Part shown: positions 39,340-49,289 of the stretch, in pieces | Numbering within the stretch: position 1 is the stretch's first letter | Layout: each line of letters starts with the position of its first letter | NCBI GenBank assembly: GCA_007376135.1 | Contig: VMFR01000001.1 | Location: forward strand, 270,554-334,553 | Direction of reading: 5' to 3' | DNA: 64,000 nt | DNA from: Parcubacteria group bacterium Gr01-1014_31 | GTDB lineage: Bacteria > Patescibacteriota > Patescibacteriia > Buchananbacterales > GWA2-38-13 | The notes under the pieces: generated by a model | What the model saw: only the letters and a program-made list of their open reading frames with translations | Database searches by the model: none | What the model was told of the DNA's origin: nothing | Translations under genes and position numbers: made by a program

Positions 39340-39957
39340 GTGAACTGGACCGCCTGTTTCCTGACGGCAGTGTTTGGCGCCTACCTGCCGATGCTCATTT
39401 CCTGGCGCGAAAATACGCTCCTGAAAAGGAGCGACCTACCCGAGCTGCGGCTCACCTTCTTCCACCACTGGGGTGTGTGTGTTGCCGATGCGCTGCTCTT
39501 GCCGCTCATCAACGGCGTCATCTGGGACCATCTGCAGTGGCTTGCGTGGCCAACGCTTCCAGTCGCCATCGCGCTCGCCGCCACCCTGACGTGGCTGTGC
39601 CACCGGAGCTGGTGGCCTAACCCGCACGCCCCGGTCTACGGCCTGCATTTTCCCGGCCACCACGGCTCGGGGGGAAACCAGCACCGCTGGTGGCGCGATC
39701 TGAGCATCGCGGGATGGCTCCATATCTTCTTTATGGGCGCCCAGCTGCTGCTGTTCGGGATCTACGTCCGCTCCGCGGTCCCCGCCTACGCGGTCTGGAC
39801 AACGGCAGCGCTGATGGCCGTGTTCCCGTTCGCGGCGGTATTCCAGCCCAGCTGGGCCGTGCATCGCCGCATCGACGGCGGCGCGTGGCTCGCAGCCTAC
39901 GGGATATGGGGCTTCACCGCCCTGGTCACCGCGGACAAACTCGGGTTCCTCTCCTAG
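39340..39957 (+). CDS. Polytopic membrane protein
   Basis: TTGACA-17 nt-TATTAT promoter, GGAGG before GTG, about 6 TM helices, terminator. Confidence 0.7.
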   Translation: MNWTACFLTAVFGAYLPMLISWRENTLLKRSDLPELRLTFFHHWGVCVADALLLPLINGVIWDHLQWLAWPTLPVAIALAATLTWLCHRSWWPNPHAPVYGLHFPGHHGSGGNQHRWWRDLSIAGWLHIFFMGAQLLLFGIYVRSAVPAYAVWTTAALMAVFPFAAVFQPSWAVHRRIDGGAWLAAYGIWGFTALVTADKLGFLS

Positions 39958-40020
39958 CACCTTGCGCAACGCCCTCGGCATCTCTGCTGAGGGCGTCTCT
40001 TTTTGCCTCGGGGGACCGGC

Positions 40021-40701
40021 TCAGGAAACAAGGGTGCCGCTGAATTTTTTTCCCGCCAAGAATGATCGCAAATTTGCCAAGTTGCTACCCCGCATGATGA
40101 CCAAACGGATGCCGCGCGACCTAGCCAGCTTGGACGCGACCGGGTCGAACGGCACGTGCGCACCCGGCTTCCAGACACCGCCGACAATGCGCTTGAACGC
40201 AGGCCAGGAGAGCGACGGCAAGGGTTTCGCGCCCTTGAACCGCTTGGGGTCGCGGTCGTAGACGTAGTCGATATTCGAAAGATTCACCACCGTGTCCACA
40301 CTGAACGTCATTGCCGCCAGGACCGCATCTTTGTCGGAACTGCAGCCGGGTTTCCAGCCTGAGCCGATGATGATCTTCTTGCCCGTGCGGATCTTTTTCG
40401 TGGGATTGTAGAGCAGCTGGTGCTCGGCGTCCTTGCCGAACACGTCGCGCACCAGCCACGCGTTGAGTTTGGTCGCCTCAATGCCCAGCCAGTCCAGCTC
40501 GGTGGAGGTCACTTTCGGATTGAGCCGACGCACGGCATTGACGTACTCGCGCGCGGTGTTGCCCCCGCCGCAGACGATGATGGCGCGGTTCCCGCCCCGC
40601 ACATAGCGCAACACGACCCGCCGGAACCCCGCGAGGAACTTCGCATCAACGCCGTCAGGGGTGATGAGCGACCCGCCCAGGGAAAAGACGATGGTCTTCA
40701 T
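40021..40701 (-). CDS. pyrH: UMP kinase, archaeal type
   Basis: SLGGS, CGGGNTAREY, DWLGIEAT, GWKPGCSSD, VYDRDP, PFDPVA. Confidence 0.9.
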   Translation of the reverse strand: MKTIVFSLGGSLITPDGVDAKFLAGFRRVVLRYVRGGNRAIIVCGGGNTAREYVNAVRRLNPKVTSTELDWLGIEATKLNAWLVRDVFGKDAEHQLLYNPTKKIRTGKKIIIGSGWKPGCSSDKDAVLAAMTFSVDTVVNLSNIDYVYDRDPKRFKGAKPLPSLSWPAFKRIVGGVWKPGAHVPFDPVASKLARSRGIRLVIMRGSNLANLRSFLAGKKFSGTLVS

Positions 40702-40778
40702 GGAACTTGGAACATGAAACTTGGAACAAGCGGAACAACTAAAATTGTTCCCTGTTCCATGCTATGGGTTTCAAGATA

Positions 40779-40835
40779 TCACCAGCCAAACAGTTTCCCC
40801 ACCTCCTCGGCCGTTTCGCGCTTGCGCGCGACGAT
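40779..40835 (-). pseudogene. Duplicated 3' end of the decarboxylase gene (IVARKRETAEEVGKLFGW*)
   Basis: Encodes the same peptide as 41967-42023, with synonymous nucleotide differences. Confidence 0.85.
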
Positions 40836-40861
40836 GAAACGGTAATTCCACTTTTCGGGCG

Positions 40862-41263
40862 TTATGGAGTTGCACAACCATAACCTAATACCCCTCCACC
40901 ACCTACCACAGCTACTCCGTAGCTCTCGTTACCCATTGGATAGTTCGTAAATGGTTCATAACTACTGCAAACACCACGCAGCTTACCTAGACCGGTTTCT
41001 AACTGATTTGCTTTAAGCAACTCTAGCTGATCAGCCGATAACGTACACGTCCCTTGACACTCAGAGCTTGAACCACATGCCTTACCACCATCGGTTGTTG
41101 GCATACCACAAAATCCACTGCTATTCACTAAACACCAAGACCAGCGCCCTCCACGCAGCTGGCATGATATCTCTGGGGTTCTTTCGGGTAAAACCGCTGC
41201 TACGATGCCGAGCGAAACTATGACTACGCCAATGATCCCGAAAATTATGATAAATCGTTTCAT
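40862..41263 (-). CDS. Cys-rich membrane-anchored/secreted protein
   Basis: N-terminal TM; CxxxGGRW...C..PTTDGGKAC....EC...C; AT-rich. Confidence 0.75.
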   Translation of the reverse strand: MKRFIIIFGIIGVVIVSLGIVAAVLPERTPEISCQLRGGRWSWCLVNSSGFCGMPTTDGGKACGSSSECQGTCTLSADQLELLKANQLETGLGKLRGVCSSYEPFTNYPMGNESYGVAVVGGGGVLGYGCATP

Positions 41264-41387
41264 AAAGCGACAGCTTGATAAATCATTTTGAATTTTGCCC
41301 TGTCATTTTGCACTTTGACTTTTGCATTATGATTTTCCAATCCCCCTCACCCCAACCCTCTCCCGCAAGGGGAGAGGGAAAATATTT

Positions 41388-41480
41388 TTAAAGCCGGAAC
41401 CCGGCAAGGAAAGCTCGGTCGATGCCGTCAGGGGCAATCAGCGACCCGCCGAGGGAAAAGATGATGGTACTATGGTTCAT
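41388..41480 (-). pseudogene. Truncated 5' fragment of a divergent pyrH allele
   Basis: MNHSTIIFSLGGSLIAPDGIDRAFLAGFRL* versus PyrH MKTIVFSLGGSLITPDGVDAKFLAGFRR. Confidence 0.85.
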
Positions 41481-41482
41481 TA

Positions 41483-41896
41483 TTATGGAATCTGACAGCT
41501 ATATCTTAATGGCTGATCTCGTGTCGAAATAATTCTACAAAAAATTCTTTCGGGCTCAATATAATTATACTTACTGCAAAGACCATGAATATTTTCACTT
41601 TGTTGCGGGGTCACCTTACTACCGTCATTGTATAAATCGATCTGATCTGGTGAAAGTATACAGAAAGCTTCGCATTCATCTTCCCCACGACATATCTTTC
41701 CCGCATCAAAAGTTGGGAAAATGCACCGTTTTTCACCGTCGCTTGTGTATGTGACCCACCTCCCGCCTAGCCAAAAACATTGCCGCCCTTCCCGACCTAA
41801 GGATATCGCCAGCAGAAGCGAAAAAACTGCTACCAATAAAACCGTAGTGGTGATAAAAGCAACGACTACAATCAAAATAAACTTTCGTCGTTTCAT
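41483..41896 (-). CDS. Cys-rich membrane-anchored/secreted protein (paralog of 40862..41263)
   Basis: N-terminal TM; CFWLGGRW...CIFPTFDAGKIC....ECEAFC. Confidence 0.75.
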   Translation of the reverse strand: MKRRKFILIVVVAFITTTVLLVAVFSLLLAISLGREGRQCFWLGGRWVTYTSDGEKRCIFPTFDAGKICRGEDECEAFCILSPDQIDLYNDGSKVTPQQSENIHGLCSKYNYIEPERIFCRIISTRDQPLRYSCQIP

Positions 41897-41966
41897 AGAG
41901 CTTTGTACAAAATCATCATTTTCTCATTTTGTCTGTCATTTTGCATTTTGACTTTTGCATTTTCAT

Positions 41967-43334
41967 TCACCAGCCAAACAACTTCCCGACCTCCTCGGCC
42001 GTTTCGCGCTTGCGGGCGACGATAATGTGGCCGTTCTCGGCGATGATCTTGGCCGGCGACGACAGCAGGCAGTGGTGGGACGCTAGCGGGTCCTGGTAGG
42101 CACCAGAGTCCAGGAAGGTGACATACAACGGCTCGGCCGTGCTGGATGGATCAAAATCCGGCAGCAGCACGTAGCTGTTCTGGCCGGTGTACTTGTCGTC
42201 GGAATCGCAGGAGCTGCCCGCCAGCCACGTTTTGACCAATTTCTTGGATTCCAGGTGCGCGGTCGGCAGCACGTGCCACTTCTGGTGGATGGCCCAGGTG
42301 TCCAGCAGGTCGTTCATGAAACTGCCATCGATGACGTACCACTTCTTGGCCGTACCCTTGGCGATGGCCTTGGAATCAATAACCTTGTAGATGGTGACTT
42401 GTGCCGGCGCCACAATGTAGCGCCCCCACTCCACCGTCAGGTTGGGGTGCGGGATGCCGTTGCGGTCGGCGAATTTCTTCATCATCCGCAACATCTGGCC
42501 GGCGAGGTTGGCGACCGAATAGCCGACCTTGCGGTCGTACGGGATGGGCATGCCGCCGCCGATATCGATGGTATCCAGGGTCGGGTTGATCTTCTTGAGT
42601 TTGGTGAACACCTTGAGCGCGTAGCGCAACGGCTGCAGGATGTCGGCCTGCTTTTCGATCTGCGAGCCGACGTGGTAGTGCAGGATCTTCAGATTGCGCA
42701 TGCGGCCCAGGTGCAGCAGCTCCGATTCCGAGAAACCGAAGCGGTCCACCTGCTTGTCCCACCGCGAGTCCACCGTTACCTGCGGCGGAATGTCCAGGCG
42801 TACGCCGATGTCGTACCGGCTCTGCCCGAACACGCCCACTTCGTTCGGACCCTCGATGATCGGCATGACGGACAGGCCGCGATGCTGCAGCTCGTCGATG
42901 AGCCGGATGTACTTGTCCGTCTTTGGTCCGTTGCACAGGATCTTGATCTTGGGGTTGAACGTTGCCTGCTCCCACAACCGCTTGACCAGCCAGAGCTCAT
43001 TGGCCGACCCCGTTTCCAAATTGGCGCCCTCCGACACCAGCGGCATAACCACTTCCTTGTTCTGGTTGACCTTCATCGGGTAGTGGTAGGAAAACCGCCC
43101 GCGGTACTTGAGCGCCTTGATCTGGGCATTGAACAGGTCCAGCAGGTCCTCCAGCCGTTCTTCCAGGATGAAAGGAAAAACAACCTCCAGCGGCGTGCCG
43201 AATTTCTCGGCCAGGTAGCGGAGATTGTACTGGTTGTTGCCCTCGCGCACCAGCAGGTCACCCTTCTTGTCTACGTCGAAGTACTGGGTGTTGAACTCCC
43301 GCATGCCCAGTTTCCAAAAACGTTTTCTGTTCAT
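41967..43334 (-). CDS. PLP-dependent class II (Orn/DAP/Arg) decarboxylase, SpeA-like
   Basis: YPMKVNQ, CNGPK, HYHVGSQ, IDIGGG, EWGR, SCDSD, GAYQ. Confidence 0.85.
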   Translation of the reverse strand: MNRKRFWKLGMREFNTQYFDVDKKGDLLVREGNNQYNLRYLAEKFGTPLEVVFPFILEERLEDLLDLFNAQIKALKYRGRFSYHYPMKVNQNKEVVMPLVSEGANLETGSANELWLVKRLWEQATFNPKIKILCNGPKTDKYIRLIDELQHRGLSVMPIIEGPNEVGVFGQSRYDIGVRLDIPPQVTVDSRWDKQVDRFGFSESELLHLGRMRNLKILHYHVGSQIEKQADILQPLRYALKVFTKLKKINPTLDTIDIGGGMPIPYDRKVGYSVANLAGQMLRMMKKFADRNGIPHPNLTVEWGRYIVAPAQVTIYKVIDSKAIAKGTAKKWYVIDGSFMNDLLDTWAIHQKWHVLPTAHLESKKLVKTWLAGSSCDSDDKYTGQNSYVLLPDFDPSSTAEPLYVTFLDSGAYQDPLASHHCLLSSPAKIIAENGHIIVARKRETAEEVGKLFGW

Positions 43335-43338
43335 ACCG

Positions 43339-44376
43339 TCAGCGCAGGTATTTCGCCTTGGCGGCGACGTGCTCGTCGTGCGTGCGCGAGTAAATCACGG
43401 TGCCGTCGGGCGTGGTTAAATAATAGAGGTAAGGGGATGGCTCGGGATCGAGCGCGGCGCGGATGGCCGAAAGCCCCGGGTTGTTGATCGGCCCGGGCGG
43501 CAGTCCGCGATGAATGTAGGTATTGTACAAGCTTTCGGTGCGCACGTCATCCAGGGTCGGGCTGGCGCGCTTCTTGCCAGTGACGTAGTTGACGGTGGCG
43601 TCGGACTGCAGCGCCATGCCGATCTGGAGCCGTCGCGCGAAGATGCCGGCCACCTTGCGGCGGTCGGGGCCATCGGGCACTTCGCGCTCGATGATGCTGG
43701 CAAACGTCAGCACCTCATGCAGCGTTTTACCCCGGCGGGAAATTTCCGCCCGCAGGTCGGGGGTCAGCTTGCGGCCGAAATTGTCCAGCATCTTGCGGAC
43801 GATGTCCTCGGGGGTCGCATCGGCGTAGACCCGGTAGGTATCCGGGAACAAATAGCCCTCCAGGTCGCGGTCGGACGGCCGGCTGGAAAGGAAATCATAC
43901 TCGCCCCACCAAACGGCCTTGCGGGAAACGACGGCAGAAAACTCCTCAGGGACCGCGGCGCGCTGGGTCTCCAGGTATTCGCCAAGCTCCTGATTGCTCC
44001 AGCCCTCCACGATGGTCAGGGTGCGCTCCTCGCGCGAAACCCGCGCGGTTAACCGGGACAGCACTTGTCGCAGGGTCAAATTCCTGGGCAGCCGGTACTC
44101 CCCCGCCTGCAGCCGGTCATCCTGGCCGGTAAGGTAGGCGTAGGCTTCGAACATCCAGCGGTCGCGGATGAGCCCGGCCTGTTGCAGCTGGGCGGCGATA
44201 GCCGAGGAGCTTTGCCCGGATTCGATCGTAACGCCGGCCAGCGTTGCATCGCGGGATGCCGCCTGGTTGAAACGCAGCCACACAAAGCCCGCGCTTCCCG
44301 CCACTAGCAGAAGGACCGCCAGGAGGACAAATCGCAACCAGGGCCGGCGTCGGGGCACAGCGAAGGGATCAGTCAT
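43339..44376 (-). CDS. mltG: Endolytic transglycosylase
   Basis: LEGYLFPDTY, ASIIERE, LQSDAT, YNTY..GLPPGPI. Confidence 0.93.
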   Translation of the reverse strand: MTDPFAVPRRRPWLRFVLLAVLLLVAGSAGFVWLRFNQAASRDATLAGVTIESGQSSSAIAAQLQQAGLIRDRWMFEAYAYLTGQDDRLQAGEYRLPRNLTLRQVLSRLTARVSREERTLTIVEGWSNQELGEYLETQRAAVPEEFSAVVSRKAVWWGEYDFLSSRPSDRDLEGYLFPDTYRVYADATPEDIVRKMLDNFGRKLTPDLRAEISRRGKTLHEVLTFASIIEREVPDGPDRRKVAGIFARRLQIGMALQSDATVNYVTGKKRASPTLDDVRTESLYNTYIHRGLPPGPINNPGLSAIRAALDPEPSPYLYYLTTPDGTVIYSRTHDEHVAAKAKYLR

Positions 44377-45086
44377 TGCTTGCGGGGTTTGCGCCACTCG
44401 CGCTGCACCTGCAGGTAGCGTTCCGCCGTGCCGGTATCGAACCACTGGCCCTCCCCGCGATGACCATAGAGCAGCCCCGCCTTCGCCAAGGCCGGGTACA
44501 CGTCATACTCGTTCATCACCACCGACTTGGAGGGAACGTACGCGAACGCGGCCGGGCTGAGGATGGCGTAGCCGGAGTTGATCAATGTGCTGGGGGCCTG
44601 CCCGCGCGCCGGTTTCTCGACGAATTCAACGATCCGATCGCCCTCGAGCCGCACCACACCGTACGCGGACGGATCATCAACCTGGTGTAACCCGATCGTC
44701 GCGGCTCCGCCATGTGCGCGGTGGCACGCCATCATCGCCCGCAGGTCAGTGGAAAAAAGATTGTCGCCGTTGATAAGGTAAAAGTCATCGGCGGGGATGC
44801 GGCCGGCTTCGCGGAGCATCAACAGCGGCCCGGCCGTCCCGCGGGGCGTCGTTTCGTGCAAAAAACTCAGCTTGACGCCCACGTCGCGGTTGGCAAAATG
44901 TTCGCGCACTTTGTCGCCCATATGGCCGGTGGAAAGCACGACCTCATCCACGCCAGCCGCTTTCAGGAGCTCAATGACGTGTTCCAGCAGCGCCTTACCC
45001 TGGACGGGGATGAGCACTTTGGGCATGTGGTCGGTCAGCGGTCGCAGGCGCTCGCCTTTGCCGCCAGCCAAAATGATCCCGAGCAT
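44373..45086 (-). CDS. Sugar-phosphate nucleotidyltransferase (mannose-1-phosphate guanylyltransferase-like)
   Basis: ILAGGKGERLRPLT..PK, GTAG, NGD, FVEKP, WFDTG. Confidence 0.9.
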   Translation of the reverse strand: MLGIILAGGKGERLRPLTDHMPKVLIPVQGKALLEHVIELLKAAGVDEVVLSTGHMGDKVREHFANRDVGVKLSFLHETTPRGTAGPLLMLREAGRIPADDFYLINGDNLFSTDLRAMMACHRAHGGAATIGLHQVDDPSAYGVVRLEGDRIVEFVEKPARGQAPSTLINSGYAILSPAAFAYVPSKSVVMNEYDVYPALAKAGLLYGHRGEGQWFDTGTAERYLQVQREWRKPRKQ

Positions 45087-45092
45087 ATACGG

Positions 45093-45181
45093 AGTATTGA
45101 GTATTCAGTATCTGGTATTAAGGCTACACCGACCGCAACCGAAACGCCGCTCAATATACTAGATACTCAATACTAAATACT
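45093..45181. repeat. Heptamer-repeat inverted element (AGTATT / AATACT)
   Basis: agtattg agtattc agtatct ggtatt ... aatatac tagatac tcaatac taaatac. Confidence 0.65.
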
Positions 45182-45810
45182 TACTTCCCCTCAATCAACG
45201 GCACAAACAGAAATCCAGGGTAAATCGTGGTGTTGTACTCATCCTTCGCTCTGCGCACGATGAGCCGCAGGTCCTCGTCCTGCGTCGGGATGACCATGCG
45301 GCCGCCAACCTTGAGCTGGGAACGCAGCGCCGACGGGACCTCGGCGGCAGCGGCGGCAACCTGAATTCTATCAAACGGAGCGTGCTCGGCAAGCCCCAGC
45401 GTCCCGTCGCCGCATACCATCGTCACGTTGGCATACCCGTACTTGGCGACGTTGCCCTGCCCGAACCGCTGCAGGTCCGGGATGCGCTCCACCGCGTACA
45501 CCTGCCCCGCCGGACCGACCAAGTGCGCTAGCAACGCCGTGGACCAGCCCGAGCCCGAACCGACATCCAGCACGCGGTCGCCCGACCGCACCGCCAGTAA
45601 TTGCAGCATGAACGCGACGGTCATCGGCTGCGAAATGGTCTGGCCGCCGCCGATGGGCAGCGGCGCGTTGACGGCCGACTCCATCTCCATGCCGGGAGGC
45701 AAAAAATCCTCCCGCCGAACGCGGCGGAAGGCCTGCTGCAGCGCCGGGTCGGAAAGGTACCCTTCGGCGACCAGCGCATCCACGAGACGGTCGTAGGCTG
45801 ATTTACCCAT
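45181..45810 (-). CDS. pcm: Protein-L-isoaspartate O-methyltransferase
   Basis: GQTISQP, VLDVGSGSGW, APFDRI, FVPL. Confidence 0.93.
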   Translation of the reverse strand: MGKSAYDRLVDALVAEGYLSDPALQQAFRRVRREDFLPPGMEMESAVNAPLPIGGGQTISQPMTVAFMLQLLAVRSGDRVLDVGSGSGWSTALLAHLVGPAGQVYAVERIPDLQRFGQGNVAKYGYANVTMVCGDGTLGLAEHAPFDRIQVAAAAAEVPSALRSQLKVGGRMVIPTQDEDLRLIVRRAKDEYNTTIYPGFLFVPLIEGK

Positions 45811-45915
45811 ACCCCGTAGGACAACGGTCAAATACGTATCCTCGCGTAACCAACGATAATAGTTTTTTGTCCATGCTTCCGCCCTCCCTGGCAGTCCGTT
45901 GCACTACGGGGCATA
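45808..45915. repeat. ~100-nt hairpin element flanked by CATA, at the pcm start codon
   Basis: CATA-ccccgtaggacaacggtc...ccgttgcactacgggg-CATA; also supplies the uppP stop codon. Confidence 0.75.
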
Positions 45916-46725
45916 CGGAGCAAGCCAAGGCAGCAAGAGCAGCAGGACGCCCGCGACTGCCAAACGATAGTAGGCAAAAATATTGAGCGGCGCATGCTTC
46001 ACAAAGCGGAGCAGAAACCCTATCGCCCACCAGCCCGACACCAGAGCGACGACGAACCCTACCGCCAGCGGGAACAGCTCCTCCAGCGGCAGCGCCCCGG
46101 CAGTCGAAAGCTTCTTCACCCCAGCCCCAAGCACGACGGGCACCGACAGGAGGAAGGAGAATCGGGCCGCGGCCTCGCGCTGCAACCCCTGGCGCAACCC
46201 TGCTATAATAGTGATACCCGAACGGGAAACGCCGGGGATGAGGGCAAGCGCCTGGGCGCAACCGATGACAAGCGCGTCCTTCATCTTGACGGAATCCATC
46301 GTACGGGTGGGCCGTAGGTAGCGCTCGGCGGCGATCATCAGCAAAGCGACGACGGCCAGCGCGACGGCAACGCTCCCGACGCTGCGGAAGGTGGCGGCCA
46401 GCCAGTCCTCGGCCAAGGCGCCAACCAGCGCGGCGGGAACGGAGCCTGCAAGCAGCAGCCCGCCGAACCGCGCTTCGGGAGACCACGGACCGCGCCGCAG
46501 GACGGCGAGCGCCATCGCCCGAACAAGGGAAAGCAGCTCCTGCCGGAAGAAGCCGACGACCGCAATGGCCGTTGCCAAATGCAGGGCGACATCAAAGGTG
46601 ACGTCATCCTCCACGGAGAATTTGGTCAGCGCGTGCAGCACCACCAAGTGCCCGGAGCTGGAGACCGGCAGAAATTCGGTCAGCCCCTGTACCAGCCCGG
46701 CCAATGCGGCAATAAGAATATTCAT
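45904..46725 (-). CDS. uppP: Undecaprenyl-diphosphate phosphatase
   Basis: QGLTEFLPVSSSGH, PGVSRSG, ARFSFL, FAYYR. Confidence 0.95.
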   Translation of the reverse strand: MNILIAALAGLVQGLTEFLPVSSSGHLVVLHALTKFSVEDDVTFDVALHLATAIAVVGFFRQELLSLVRAMALAVLRRGPWSPEARFGGLLLAGSVPAALVGALAEDWLAATFRSVGSVAVALAVVALLMIAAERYLRPTRTMDSVKMKDALVIGCAQALALIPGVSRSGITIIAGLRQGLQREAAARFSFLLSVPVVLGAGVKKLSTAGALPLEELFPLAVGFVVALVSGWWAIGFLLRFVKHAPLNIFAYYRLAVAGVLLLLLPWLAPYAP

Positions 46726-46745
46726 TCGCGTAGCGTAGCAACTCT

Positions 46746-47180
46746 ATGGGGTACACCCCGCTCATCATTCCGCTCGTCGTCGCGGTTTTGGCGCAGATCG
46801 TCAAACTTTCGGTGGACAAGATCAAGGGCAACTTGAACCTGAAAAATATCTGGCTGTCGTACGGCGGCATGCCCTCGGCGCATACGGCGTTCGCGGTATC
46901 GGCGGCAACGGTCGCCGGACTGTGGGAAGGCTGGGACTCACCGCTCTTTGCGGCTTGCGTCGTCTTCACGCTCATCATTATGCGCGACGCCGTCACCTTC
47001 CGCAACTACATGGGACAGCAGGGCCGCCTCTTCAACGCCTTGGTGGAAAAACTCCCGCCCGCGCAGCGTCCCGGGCTTCCCCGCTTCATGGAACGCGTCG
47101 GCCATACCGTCGGCGAAGTGGCGACCGGTGCGGCGTTCGGGGTCGCGCTGACGCTGCTACTGGACTGGCTCTGGCGCTGA
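46746..47180 (+). CDS. Divergent PAP2 family protein (DUF212)
   Basis: AQIVK, GGMPSAH, IMRDA..R...G, GHT..EV..G. Confidence 0.85.
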   Translation: MGYTPLIIPLVVAVLAQIVKLSVDKIKGNLNLKNIWLSYGGMPSAHTAFAVSAATVAGLWEGWDSPLFAACVVFTLIIMRDAVTFRNYMGQQGRLFNALVEKLPPAQRPGLPRFMERVGHTVGEVATGAAFGVALTLLLDWLWR

Positions 47181-47301
47181 CGAGCAAAGAACGAAAAAGA
47201 ATTATGGCGCCCTCGCGGCGCCATTGTTTTTTTGCCGTCCCCATGCTAGCGTGGCGAACGGTTGCTCCGTTCTTTCCTCAACCCCGTTGCCGAGGTACAT
47301 C

Positions 47302-47493
47302 ATGTCTGACTCCCGATATGAAGACTCTCCCGACGAGCCCGAGAACGACGTGGAATACGAAGAAAGATGGGATGACGGCGGTGACGAGGATCCAGTTCTC
47401 GACCCCATCCCCTGGGCGCTCTTGCTCGGAATTCTCTGCATCTTGCTCGGGATCATTATCGGCGGCCTCTATATGCTCAGGTACGCCAAGTAG
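47302..47493 (+). CDS. Small acidic protein with a C-terminal TM helix
   Basis: GAGGT RBS, D/E-rich N-terminus, one TM helix, terminator. Confidence 0.6.
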   Translation: MSDSRYEDSPDEPENDVEYEERWDDGGDEDPVLDPIPWALLLGILCILLGIIIGGLYMLRYAK

Positions 47494-47659
47494 TGCGCCC
47501 ATGCTCCCCGATATTTCCCTCGTCACCCGACGAGGGCTTTTTTATTTCTTACACTCGGTACCTGGTAAATCTTGACATTTTTTAAAAAAAATGATATTAT
47601 ACTTTTTCGTTCAGAACCTTGAAAACACGTTACTCCGCATTGCGGAAGAAAGGACTGCC

Positions 47660-48364
47660 ATGTTCAGTACGTTCATTCGCGCGCCCCTGTGGTTCGTGCT
47701 CGCGATGCGTTTCGCCGTCATCCCCCTGACCATGGGGACGCTGGTGCTGGCCGGTTACGCCGATACGGCAGCGCTCACGGCTGTTGGCCTGACCCTCCTC
47801 TACGGCATTCTGGCGCTGCTCAGCCACATCTACCACCTGGACATCCCGGCCTACCCCGACTGGCACCACAAGGCCGAGACGATCTCGGCCGGCGCGACGG
47901 CGGTGTTCGCCATCTGGCTGGTGCCGCGCTACCTCAGGATGGACCTGCTGGCCGCGGTAATGACCCTGGGTTGCGGCATCATCTGCGGCATTGCCGCAGT
48001 CAGTCTTCGGCGGTCGATGAAAAGCACCCCCCTTCTGCACTGGAACACCTTGGTGTTCCTGACGCCCGGAGCGCGCAACAGCCGGTTTTCGTCCGTGCGC
48101 GCCGCCATCATGCTGCTGGACCCCGTACGGCGGGCGTTTGTCGTACTCACGGTGGCGGCGACCTGCAACGTGCTGCAACGGCTCACGTACAGCCTCCAGG
48201 GCGTCAGCGGCTTCCGCAGCCAGGATGCGCGATGGGCGATGTTTATGCTCACCATCGCCTACGGCATGCTCGTACTGCTGTGGTGCGTCCAGTTCCACTG
48301 GCTCAGCTCCGTCGACCGGATACTCGCCCGCATCACCGCCCCATGGCGGCGCATTGCGCCCTGA
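47660..48364 (+). CDS. Polytopic membrane protein
   Basis: TTGACA promoter near 47572, AAGGA RBS, about 6 TM helices, terminator. Confidence 0.65.
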   Translation: MFSTFIRAPLWFVLAMRFAVIPLTMGTLVLAGYADTAALTAVGLTLLYGILALLSHIYHLDIPAYPDWHHKAETISAGATAVFAIWLVPRYLRMDLLAAVMTLGCGIICGIAAVSLRRSMKSTPLLHWNTLVFLTPGARNSRFSSVRAAIMLLDPVRRAFVVLTVAATCNVLQRLTYSLQGVSGFRSQDARWAMFMLTIAYGMLVLLWCVQFHWLSSVDRILARITAPWRRIAP

Positions 48365-48428
48365 CCGGCATCGCCGGACCGTCCGACCACCCGCCTCGAA
48401 TTCTGGAGCAATTCGGGGCGGTCTTTTT

Positions 48429-49289
48429 TTATTTCTGGCAACACGGGCAGTAGTGCGTGCCGCGCTGGCCAACGACCGTTTTGACGATGGGGGTTTTACA
48501 GCGCCGGCACGGCTTCCCTTTTCGGCCATAGACGTTGAGGAACGGCGCCATGTACCCGGATTGCCCATTGACCCGCCGATACGTATCCCGGGTCGTTCCC
48601 TTGTGGCGCAGGGCCAGCTGCAGCACGCGCGGAATGCAACGGTACAATATCCGCAGATCGTTCTCGCGAATCGTGCGCACGCGGCGGGTCGGGCGCAGGC
48701 GGGCGCAAAAACAGCTCTCATCGGCGTAGATGTTGCCTACGCCCGCGATGCGTTCGGCATCCATCAGCACCTGTTTAATGGTCCGGTTGGGATAGCGGTG
48801 AGCCGCGCGGGCGAACGCCTCCCAGGTATAGGCCCCCGATAGCGGCTCCATGCCGAGGTGGGCGGTCAGCTCATGTAAACCGTCGGCATCCACCAGCTTC
48901 ACCCAGCCGAACTTGCGCTGGTCGTTGAAGTACAGCGTGCCGCCGCTGCGGAAACGGAAGATGACGTGCGTGAAAATGTTCGGCAGCACGCCGAGGTTGG
49001 GAATGGGATGCCCGCCGGACACCGTGCGGCCCGAGCGCGGGACGAATACCAGTTGCCCGGTCATTTTCAAATGGAACACCAAGTACCGCTGTCCGGGCAG
49101 CTCGCATACCAGCATCTTGGCCCGGCGCTTGACTGCCAGAATTTTTTTCCCGGCAAGTTCGCGCCGGAGCGCGGCTGCCGACGGGTGTGCCATCTTGGGC
49201 ACACGCACCTCCACCGCGCGCAGGGTTTGCACGAGCAGGCGGCGTTGCAGCTCGCGACGGATGGTTTCCACCTCCGGCAGTTCCGGCAT
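48429..49289 (-). CDS. mutM: Formamidopyrimidine-DNA glycosylase
   Basis: MPELPEVE, HLKMTG, AGVGNIYADE, C-terminal zinc finger. Confidence 0.96.
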   Translation of the reverse strand: MPELPEVETIRRELQRRLLVQTLRAVEVRVPKMAHPSAAALRRELAGKKILAVKRRAKMLVCELPGQRYLVFHLKMTGQLVFVPRSGRTVSGGHPIPNLGVLPNIFTHVIFRFRSGGTLYFNDQRKFGWVKLVDADGLHELTAHLGMEPLSGAYTWEAFARAAHRYPNRTIKQVLMDAERIAGVGNIYADESCFCARLRPTRRVRTIRENDLRILYRCIPRVLQLALRHKGTTRDTYRRVNGQSGYMAPFLNVYGRKGKPCRRCKTPIVKTVVGQRGTHYCPCCQK

